A DNA stretch of 64,000 nt from the IMG/VR virus record IMGVR_UViG_2731957577_000001, positions 32,001 to 96,000 of that record; one strand, given 5' to 3'. Shown here in pieces: positions 56,963 through 63,996 of this stretch. Under the pieces are notes generated by a model, which was not told where the DNA came from, did no database searches, and saw only the letters and a list, made by a program, of their open reading frames with translations. A program made the position numbers and the translations under genes. Each line of letters begins with the position of its first letter. Position 1 is the stretch's first letter. This stretch comes from a virus. Lineage: Duplodnaviria > Caudoviricetes.

Positions 56963-57808
56963 TTAGTACAGGTTGGTGCCACCCTCAACGGGCAACTCCT
57001 TTTTATCGCTGTCCTTCAAATTCTTCCACATGCCAGGATGGAAGTAGTAATAATCCGCGATCTGATACGCCTTCTTGAAGTCCATATCTACCATATCACG
57101 GAAATTATCCCAAGCGATCTTCTTGGCGGTCGCCCGGCTCCACTCAATCTTCACAGCCGGTTGCGTGGATTGTTTGCCATATTGATCCGTAAAGTCGGCC
57201 ATGCCCCACAAGCGGACCATGGTGACCTTCGGGTTCTCGAACAGCTTCTGCGACCACGCCGTCATGGTCTGAGCCAGGATCTGTGCATAGTCAGTCTCAT
57301 TCCAGACGGCATCTGGCTTCACTTTGACCCAGACAATCTTGTCGCCCTGGGTCTTTGTCCCGGCATTATCCAGCACCTGCACGCTGGTAATCTCCGAGGT
57401 AGATGCCGTTTTTGTCATCTTTTCTGCCTCACCGATGGCCAACTGCACGTTCTCCACCGATACTGTTTCGTTCTTCCATTCTGGTGCTGGTTTTGATGTG
57501 GCTGGCTTGGCTTCCGGCTTCTCGGTCTTGCTGTTCGTCGTTTTCGTGTTCGACGTATCTTTAGATGCGGTCTGTGTTTTCTTCCCGGCAGTCTGGGATG
57601 TTGCGCTGCCGTTGTCCCCGCTATTTCCGCCGAAATTGGTCGCCGGTCCGATTATGATCCAGGCAATCGCCCACGCCGTCACCAGCCAGCGGGCCGCTTT
57701 CGTGCCACGCTTTCCTGCCCACATCCAGATGGCGGCAATCGGTGGCACAAAGATCCCCAACACCCACAGATACCAACTCTTGCGCTTCTTCTCTTCGGTT
57801 TCCGACAC
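56963..57808 (-). CDS. Membrane-anchored extracytoplasmic protein
   Basis: GGGGAG RBS then GTG 57808; two N-terminal TM helices, S/T/K linker, globular C-domain. Confidence 0.75.
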   Translation of the reverse strand: MSETEEKKRKSWYLWVLGIFVPPIAAIWMWAGKRGTKAARWLVTAWAIAWIIIGPATNFGGNSGDNGSATSQTAGKKTQTASKDTSNTKTTNSKTEKPEAKPATSKPAPEWKNETVSVENVQLAIGEAEKMTKTASTSEITSVQVLDNAGTKTQGDKIVWVKVKPDAVWNETDYAQILAQTMTAWSQKLFENPKVTMVRLWGMADFTDQYGKQSTQPAVKIEWSRATAKKIAWDNFRDMVDMDFKKAYQIADYYYFHPGMWKNLKDSDKKELPVEGGTNLY

Positions 57809-57931
57809 GAGCGCTTCTCCCCCTTGCAAGTGTTTATAAATCGATTATACCTGACGAATTTTGTTTAGTCAGAAGCCTCCTTCTAATTTGTCCTCGAATT
57901 GCCGATGGATCACCTCCTTATAAGGTTGGGA

Positions 57932-57986
57932 TTGTCGAACCCCCATGATCGACGTATAATCAGATCATCAATCGAACACATGTTCG
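57932..57986 (+). promoter_or_regulatory. SigA promoter with LexA/DinR (Cheo) SOS box
   Basis: TTGTCG-17-TATAAT; CGAACACATGTTCG at 57973-57986 fits the Bacillus consensus CGAACRNRYGTTCG. Confidence 0.85.
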
Positions 57987-58003
57987 CATATGGGGGTAAG
58001 GAT

Positions 58004-58129
58004 ATGACACAGACAAAGACACCGATCGACGAGGCGATTCATCAGATTTGGCTTGAATTACGCAAGACACTCCAAGAGTTTGAGGAACTGTTGGAACAAG
58101 CAGAGGGTTCGTCGGATCAGCGTACATAA
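58004..58129 (+). CDS. Small helical protein (41 aa) behind the SOS box
   Basis: GGGGGT/AAGG RBS, ATG 58004. Confidence 0.55.
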   Translation: MTQTKTPIDEAIHQIWLELRKTLQEFEELLEQAEGSSDQRT

Positions 58130-58230
58130 ATCTCCTTGGTGGGATGTTATCATTTTCCACGGCCAAGGAAATGATTGTTCTTGTATCATATAGAGGATGC
58201 CGATCTTCGCTGGACTGAGGTGGCGGAGTA

Positions 58231-58893
58231 ATGTGCGGACGCTTCACTCAAGCCTTTGAGAACTGGGGAGACGTCTTGAGAACCTTCGGGGTGGTGGACG
58301 ATGGATTCCGCGTGCCGCCCAGATACAACATTGCTCCCTCTCAAGACGTTCCCATCATTATCTCGGATGGGCAAGCCAGACGTATTGGACAGGTCCAATG
58401 GGGGCTGATCCATCCATGGTCTCAGTCATCCAGAAGTCGCATCCGTCCGATCAACACTCGGGCGGAGACACTGTTGGCCAATCGGTGGTTTCGATCCTTG
58501 GTTCCCAAAAAGAGATGCATCGTACCCGTGGACTCTTTCTACGAGTGGCGCCGAAACACCAAACAGCCCTTGCGCATCCAGCTCGAGCGCCGGCCCGTAT
58601 TTGCGCTGGCAGGTATTTATGACGTTTGGCACAGCAAAGACGGCCAAAAGGTCAGTTCCTTTGCCATTGTGACCTGTTCCCCCAATGTTTTTATGCTCGG
58701 GATCCATGACCGCATGCCCGTGATCCTAGATGAAGATGGCGTCAACTTGTGGCTGGATCGTTCCGTGACCGACCCGGAAGTCGTAACCTCCGTCCTCACC
58801 CCCACCACGGAACCTATGAAGGCTTATCCGGTCCACCCGAAAGTCGGAAATGTACGAAATGACGATCCTTCGTGCATCGAACCGTATGAGTGA
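58231..58893 (+). CDS. SOS-response-associated peptidase (SRAP/HMCES/YedK family)
   Basis: N-terminal MCGRF, RYNIAPSQ, INTRAET, FYEW, IHDRMPVIL. Confidence 0.95.
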   Translation: MCGRFTQAFENWGDVLRTFGVVDDGFRVPPRYNIAPSQDVPIIISDGQARRIGQVQWGLIHPWSQSSRSRIRPINTRAETLLANRWFRSLVPKKRCIVPVDSFYEWRRNTKQPLRIQLERRPVFALAGIYDVWHSKDGQKVSSFAIVTCSPNVFMLGIHDRMPVILDEDGVNLWLDRSVTDPEVVTSVLTPTTEPMKAYPVHPKVGNVRNDDPSCIEPYE

Positions 58894-58907
58894 TTTATGA
58901 TAGAATC

Positions 58908-59258
58908 CTACCGACCGAATGATTCACTTCCACCGTACTCTCCGATGGCACACAATGCCTCGGAGAGTCCTTTTTGTCTCGCCTGAACCCTGCGGATCAT
59001 AAAGACTAAATCTTCAATCACCTCTTGATACACTTGGGCTCGGATCGGATCTACATTTGGAAGACGTTCCGTGTAAGCATCAATGAGTTCTTGGAGATCG
59101 TTTTGCTCCTGAGTTGCAGCGTCGATCCACATTTGGACACGCTGACGATCCGCATGTCGTTGCCGTGCTTGTTCCGTCGTGACAACGATATGGCGGATTG
59201 TGTGTTCTTGTGGCAACGGAAATCCGGATGGAATCGAGGGAGAAATCAGAGCATCCAT
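58908..59258 (-). CDS. Hypothetical coiled-coil protein
   Basis: AAGGAGGGGAG RBS on minus strand. Confidence 0.6.
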   Translation of the reverse strand: MDALISPSIPSGFPLPQEHTIRHIVVTTEQARQRHADRQRVQMWIDAATQEQNDLQELIDAYTERLPNVDPIRAQVYQEVIEDLVFMIRRVQARQKGLSEALCAIGEYGGSESFGR

Positions 59259-59331
59259 CCTACATCTCCCCTCCTTGCATTGTTTTCGAGAAAGATAAAA
59301 AAGCCGCCCATACGAAGACGGCTATCGTTTA

Positions 59332-60219
59332 CTACTGCAGATTTTGAACCTCCTTACTTGCACGTTTGTAGAATTGAAGATATTGCCGTTCGTCCTCTTT
59401 CGTATTTTCACTGTTTCCTGTTCCGTCGATCCGTTCATTGTAATCTTGATAAAGCGAGGTCAAGAATACCCATGCTTGAGCAGTGTCGGAGCGTGCCTGA
59501 TAGACTTTAGGATCTTCTTCTGGTGAATATCGATACGAGATTTTGTGATAAACATTCCACCCTTCCCGATTGTGTTCTGAAACATAACTACTCCAATCAG
59601 TTGGATCGGGCACGCCTGCCATTTGTAGTTTCATCCACTGGTAATATTGATTCATGAAGGACAGATAACTTTTTAGATATGCTGCTGAAACACGGGACTT
59701 TATGGGATGAATGTTGAGTTTGAGATTGACCACCTTGCGAGCCTCTAGTTCTTTTTCTCCGTATTCTTTTTTCGCAAGTCGGCCTGTTAAACGCTCTCCA
59801 TTTTGTCCCACTAATTTTAGGATGCCTTTCGACTGGTTTTCGGAATTCGCAAAGAAATCTACGGTGATGACATAAGGCCCCTTCTGCAGTTCTTTCCAGT
59901 TATGCGGTGTGATGGATGCTTGATAATGTCCATTCTGTACCTGCACTGTCTGACTGCTACCGTAGTATTTTTGTGTATTGGCCAAATCAAAATCCACATC
60001 GACGTTTGCACCGTCCGGAAGGTCGGTACTGCCTCTCACGACAATATTACTGCCTTTCGTATAAACAGAATCGATGGTTAACATTGAATACGATTTGTGT
60101 GTAACGACAGTGTTTTTGTGTGTAACCACAGTGTTTTTGGTGGAACTCGATGGTTGGTTACACGCGGTAAGTAATAGCATCGGAATACAAGCCAGGACCC
60201 GATATGCGCGATGAGACAC
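59332..60219 (-). CDS. Lipoprotein of unknown function (AT-richer than flanks)
   Basis: Lipobox LLLTAC; GGGAGG RBS. Confidence 0.8.
   Translation of the reverse strand: MSHRAYRVLACIPMLLLTACNQPSSSTKNTVVTHKNTVVTHKSYSMLTIDSVYTKGSNIVVRGSTDLPDGANVDVDFDLANTQKYYGSSQTVQVQNGHYQASITPHNWKELQKGPYVITVDFFANSENQSKGILKLVGQNGERLTGRLAKKEYGEKELEARKVVNLKLNIHPIKSRVSAAYLKSYLSFMNQYYQWMKLQMAGVPDPTDWSSYVSEHNREGWNVYHKISYRYSPEEDPKVYQARSDTAQAWVFLTSLYQDYNERIDGTGNSENTKEDERQYLQFYKRASKEVQNLQ
60094..60138. repeat. 21-bp tandem duplication (KNTVVTH x2) in lipoprotein linker
   Basis: TTTGTGTGTAAC[G/C]ACAGTGTT twice. Confidence 0.9.
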
Positions 60220-60260
60220 TTTTAATCCTCCCAGACAAAAATTCCATATTTGATGATATC

Positions 60261-60560
60261 CTAACCGATATGCCTTTGGAATACATATTGGATCTGAATC
60301 CCAATGGACTTGATCCCCTGAATCAATATGGGATCATGGGATAGACAACTCGGAGACACACAAACAATCGTCGATACGGTTCCATCCTGAATATCATTCA
60401 AGAGAGCTTGGAATCCTGGACAATCTAGAGTATCACCAGAAGCCCCACAGTCGACGTACTCTTGATAAACAGCGCGTCCGACATGGTCCCGACACGCCTT
60501 CAGTTGGCGTTCGATCTCTGCCATATCCATGAGATCGGTCCGGGCATAGATACCAATCAA
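60261..60560 (-). CDS. Stand-alone serine-recombinase N-terminal-domain protein, probably inactive
   Basis: IGIYARTD (vs YARVS), RQLKACR, YVDCGASG..LDCPGFQALL; catalytic Ser and DRLxR absent. Confidence 0.65.
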   Translation of the reverse strand: MIGIYARTDLMDMAEIERQLKACRDHVGRAVYQEYVDCGASGDTLDCPGFQALLNDIQDGTVSTIVCVSPSCLSHDPILIQGIKSIGIQIQYVFQRHIG

Positions 60561-60578
60561 GCATCGAACCTCCTATGT

Positions 60579-61274
60579 TTAGGCTGGCACAGGAGCCTGG
60601 AGCATCCCGGCTTGGATGAATGCATTCTGCAAATCTACCATCATTTCCTGCATGGCCGGCCAGCCGTCCTGCTTCTTTCGCAACACATAGCTGGGGTGAT
60701 ACGTATGGAGCATCGGGATGCCATTGAACTCTCTCCAGATCCCACGCTCTCGGCTGATCTTCAACCGGCTCCCTTCGGATCGCATGGCCCACATGGCCGG
60801 ATTCCCCAGGGTCACTATGACCTTTGGCTGAACAATCGCGATCTCATTAAACAAGTGCGCGTTGGAACAGCACCGTATCTCATCCATCGTGGGTTGGCGA
60901 TTGTTCACATCCGTCCGGCACTTGACGACGTTCGTGATATACAACCGCCGCCGGTCCACGCCAAGTCTCAACAACGCCCAGGTCAGGAGCTGCCCCGCCG
61001 CGCCGATCAGCGGTAGATCATAGGCCTCCTCTTGTGCGGCCGGCGCCTCCCCAATCAACATGACATCCGCTTGCCAACTCCCTGTACCACGGACTGGGCC
61101 CTGACATCCCAACGCTAACGGACAACGCCGGCATTCACGGATATTAGTGTCCATATAAAATTGCTCATCCACCAGGTGCTGAGTATATTGGTTGACATAC
61201 TGGATCTCCTGGAGCGGATATCCCGCGTTGACCAATTGACGTTCAATCTCAGACCAGTCACGGACGTCCGCCAA
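60579..61274 (-). CDS. Uracil-DNA glycosylase, family 4
   Basis: CRRCPLALGC, IGEAP, YITNVVKCR, NRQP, TYHPSY. Confidence 0.92.
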   Translation of the reverse strand: MADVRDWSEIERQLVNAGYPLQEIQYVNQYTQHLVDEQFYMDTNIRECRRCPLALGCQGPVRGTGSWQADVMLIGEAPAAQEEAYDLPLIGAAGQLLTWALLRLGVDRRRLYITNVVKCRTDVNNRQPTMDEIRCCSNAHLFNEIAIVQPKVIVTLGNPAMWAMRSEGSRLKISRERGIWREFNGIPMLHTYHPSYVLRKKQDGWPAMQEMMVDLQNAFIQAGMLQAPVPA

Positions 61275-61297
61275 GATCCTCCACCTCCATGTTTAAC

Positions 61298-61326
61298 TTG
61301 TCAGCAACTTGTGTCAGACTTATAAT
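61298..61326 (+). promoter_or_regulatory. SigA promoter of putative antitoxin RNA A
   Basis: TTGTCA-17-TATAAT. Confidence 0.75.
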
Positions 61327-61332
61327 GAGTGT

Positions 61333-61473
61333 TGAAGACGGCAATCATAAAAAAAGGCCCCACCAGCAGCCACTGGTGAGGCCTGGCGGGCCGACAAGGC
61401 CTACCCATTGCGCCGAGAGCAAAGCAATCTGTCAGCGGATGGTCGACTGGCCCGAGTCGACCATCATTCATTT
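61333..61473 (+). ncRNA. Putative antisense (antitoxin) RNA A, ~140 nt
   Basis: Lies between the promoter above and the 11-bp hairpin GATGGTCGACT/AGTCGACCATC (61438-61465) plus ATTCATTT; complementary to the 3' UTR of peptide A mRNA. Confidence 0.55.
61349..61383 (-). terminator. Terminator of peptide A mRNA
   Basis: Minus strand GGCCTCACCAG-TGGCTG-CTGGTGGGGCC-TTTTTTT. Confidence 0.8.
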
Positions 61474-61559
61474 ATGATGAACTCAAAGCTGACAGCCAGG
61501 AGCCAGAGGTGTCCAGCTATAGGTACTGGGACGACTCTGATCCGAAGCACTCGCTTCAT
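61464..61559 (-). CDS. Putative type I toxin peptide A (31 aa, MKRVLRIRVVPVPIAGHLWLLAVSFEFIINE)
   Basis: GAGGAGGTG RBS sequestered by a leader stem; own extended -10 (TGCTATACT, 61689-61697 minus) and terminator; paralog at 62134. Confidence 0.7.
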   Translation of the reverse strand: MKRVLRIRVVPVPIAGHLWLLAVSFEFIINE

Positions 61560-61733
61560 CGGCACCACCTCCTCGGCTCACACCTAACGCAACAGGTAGA
61601 GCCGAGTCGGCCCACATCTGTGTGAGCCATAGGAGGTGGCTGGGCCTACAACGGATAGATTCATCTTACGATGAGTCCCGCCACTTCAAGTATAGCATCT
61701 ATATAACCCCATTTCCTAGAAGGAATTCTCAAT

Positions 61734-61979
61734 ATGAGCCGGATTGTCGAACGACCCATTCAATCCATCCAAACCAATGACCGAGGCGAACCGGTGGCAT
61801 GGCTGGATCGCGGTGTGACCCACCGAGTTGTTGAGATTCTCGATGCCTGGAGAGAGGCTGGAAATTGGTGGGAAGACGAACCGAATCGAGCCATGTATCG
61901 TGTGCTTACATCGGAGAACTACGTGTATGATCTCGAAGAATCCGAAGGCAAATGGAAGGTCTATAAAGTGTGGGATTAG
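61734..61979 (+). CDS. DUF6504-like protein
   Basis: P.AW...G..HRV.EILD.W.E.G.WW......YRV......YDL.....W.V.KVWD pattern. Confidence 0.65.
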   Translation: MSRIVERPIQSIQTNDRGEPVAWLDRGVTHRVVEILDAWREAGNWWEDEPNRAMYRVLTSENYVYDLEESEGKWKVYKVWD

Positions 61980-62133
61980 GCCGCCCATTTGATTTCTATT
62001 CTAGATCATGGGCGTGCTATACTAGAAATGACCCATCTCTATAGATGGCCAACGTCTTGTTGTTGGCTGACACCCCCTCGGCTGCTGTGGGACGGTGCGG
62101 CGCCTTGTCGGAGGGCCGAGGGGGTGAGAGTTG

Positions 62134-62226
62134 ATGCGGTGGTTTCGCATTCGCGTGACGCTTTTACCGACCGGCCATGCGTTTCTGCCTTGGATCGTTC
62201 GTGTAGAGCTTACCATAAAGAAGTGA
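62134..62226 (+). CDS. Putative type I toxin peptide B (30 aa, MRWFRIRVTLLPTGHAFLPWIVRVELTIKK)
   Basis: GAGGGGGTG RBS paired with CACCCCCTCGGC (62071-62082); extended -10 TGCTATACT at 62015-62023; paralog of peptide A. Confidence 0.7.
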   Translation: MRWFRIRVTLLPTGHAFLPWIVRVELTIKK

Positions 62227-62331
62227 CGACCGGTTCTCAGCCAACCGGTCGTCGTTAGCGACTCACCATCAACTCCGACAAGCGTTGCACCGTCCGTCGG
62301 GACCCTGCCAGTCAGCCTCTGGCGGGGTCTC
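62216..62331 (-). ncRNA. Putative antisense (antitoxin) RNA B, ~115 nt
   Basis: Minus-strand TTGTTA-18-TATAAT at 62367-62338; ends at 11-bp hairpin 62225-62253 followed by ACTTCTTT on minus. Confidence 0.55.
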
Positions 62332-62340
62332 ATTCTTATT
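62299..62340 (+). terminator. Terminator of peptide B mRNA
   Basis: GGGACCCTGCCAG-loop-CTGGCGGGGTCTC then ATTCTTATT. Confidence 0.65.
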
Positions 62341-62452
62341 ATAGTCAATGTGCGTCTCATGTAACAACATGCTGAAACGAATCCAAAGGTCAATGAACTT
62401 ACTCTCCCAGAGGTCGACCTCTCTAAAAAGCATGATTCATAAAATCATGATT

Positions 62453-63067
62453 CTATGAAATCGCTTCTCCCTCCCGCTCGGGATGCGGACGCAGATCTAC
62501 CTGGGGCGGCTCCTGTGCCTTGCAGTAGAGTTCAATCGGCATGCCCTGGCTCAGCCACTGCGTGAGCTCTTCGATATAGCGGCCGCGCTCAATATATTGT
62601 GCCGCCTGTTTTCGGATCGCAGCTCTGGCCAGTTCTTCTGTCTCCCCAAATGCCTTAAACAAGCAATTCCCGTTAGGTAGCCGCAGCATATAGACGTCGC
62701 CTTTTGGCCACTCGTCGATGGCAATGGCATCATGCCAGCCTTCGTGATAGGCGGCTTGGACAAACTTCAGAGTTCGTAGGCCACTCAAAATCTGCTCTGG
62801 GGTACTTCCCCAATGGGTTTGGAGCTTTTTCAGAAGCTGAGAAGCCCATTGAAAATGAGTATACCGATCCGCCTGGACTTCCGCATGGAACCCATACCAC
62901 TCGTCATACTCCGGGTCCGTTTGCCATTCAAACCGTACTCTATAGTCCGAATACCCTTTGTGTTCCCGGACGACAACCGACAAGTGTTCGTACCGATTAC
63001 CATAGGAATGGCTCGGCGGCAGACGATAAATCAAGAAGTATTTATTGGGACGACGAATCTGCGTCAT
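62453..63067 (-). CDS. Hypothetical protein
   Basis: 204-aa ORF, AAAGGA RBS. Confidence 0.7.
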   Translation of the reverse strand: MTQIRRPNKYFLIYRLPPSHSYGNRYEHLSVVVREHKGYSDYRVRFEWQTDPEYDEWYGFHAEVQADRYTHFQWASQLLKKLQTHWGSTPEQILSGLRTLKFVQAAYHEGWHDAIAIDEWPKGDVYMLRLPNGNCLFKAFGETEELARAAIRKQAAQYIERGRYIEELTQWLSQGMPIELYCKAQEPPQVDLRPHPEREGEAIS

Positions 63068-63089
63068 GAAGGATCATCCTTTCTTGGCA

Positions 63090-63154
63090 TAAAAGGAAGA
63101 CCCCTGTGATTGACTCACAGGGGTCTTGCGCTAAACGGAACTATGAAGTTTGTC
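63090..63154 (-). ncRNA. Putative ~65-nt small RNA / attenuated leader
   Basis: Minus promoter TTGTCA-18-TATTAT with TG extension (63190-63161); 13-bp perfect hairpin 63097-63127 plus CCTTTT. Confidence 0.5.
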
Positions 63155-63174
63155 ACCGACATAATAGCATAGAA

Positions 63175-63188
63175 GTCATAGCTATGAC
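63175..63188. promoter_or_regulatory. Perfect 14-bp palindrome GTCATAGCTATGAC over the -35/spacer of the minus-strand promoter
   Basis: Direct sequence inspection. Confidence 0.5.
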
Positions 63189-63369
63189 AACTGAAAAATA
63201 TCGACTTGGTTCGGCAGGAAATCTTTTCGCCTTAGCGAATATATGCTATGATTCTGTTGCGCTAAACGGAACAGGATGCCTGTACCCTATACAGGTTATC
63301 TACGTCTGTTTTGGCGCACCCATTAACGGTGCGCCTCGATTTTTATAGAGAAAGGAGTGCGGGGATCGA

Positions 63370-63996
63370 GTGCTCGACCACAAAGACACGGGCAAGTATA
63401 CATACTGGATGAAGCACTTTGAGAACGGAGAACTGATCGAGGTCCCTGAGTCGAAGATAGAAAACATCTCCCTTGACACGCTCGACAACGGACCGGTCAT
63501 CCCCTTGCATCAGGGTGGATTCGCACAGATCCCTGCCTATTGGCTCTACTTCTGGTGTCCCTTTCTCTCGGTTCACGCTCAGTCTATATTTACGCACTTG
63601 ATCGCCCATACATACATAGACAAGAACTGGTGCCAGATCAAGCGTGAAACGCTCGCTGCAGAATGCAACATGAGCCTGTCCGCCTTCAACAAACACTTCG
63701 AGCAACTTGAACGATACAAGCTGGCTTGGCGCATCGAGGTGAGAACCCCGGATGGAAGCAACCTGCCGAACATTTACATCACGAGGAGGCAAATGCCCCT
63801 CATCCCGCAGGAACTTTACGATCAATTATCGGACCGGCTCAAGGACATGCATGATCAGTACATCGAGCGCATGGCCAAAAGCGGCATGCTGTACCTGGAT
63901 GTGGAGTATGAACGTCCACTTCCCGAACCCAGCCCACCGCCGAAAAGACGCGGCAGACCAAAAGGCTCAAAGAACAAACCCAAGGCGTCTGAATAG
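63370..63996 (+). CDS. Winged-HTH replication-initiator-like protein with C-terminal AT-hook
   Basis: GFAQIP...LSVHAQSIFTHL...CQIKRETLAAECNMS...LERYKL...PNIY; tail PPKRRGRPKGSKNKPK. Confidence 0.65.
   Translation: MLDHKDTGKYTYWMKHFENGELIEVPESKIENISLDTLDNGPVIPLHQGGFAQIPAYWLYFWCPFLSVHAQSIFTHLIAHTYIDKNWCQIKRETLAAECNMSLSAFNKHFEQLERYKLAWRIEVRTPDGSNLPNIYITRRQMPLIPQELYDQLSDRLKDMHDQYIERMAKSGMLYLDVEYERPLPEPSPPPKRRGRPKGSKNKPKASE

Noticed and set aside
60261-60560. Integrase/resolvase marking an element boundary
   Set aside because: Only 99 aa; catalytic Ser and DNA-binding domains absent; no att-like repeats seen
61989-62393. Track ORFs 61989-62258 (+), 62022-62393 (-) and 61289-61477 (+)
   Set aside because: No RBS; they run across promoters and terminators; better explained by the peptide/antisense cassettes
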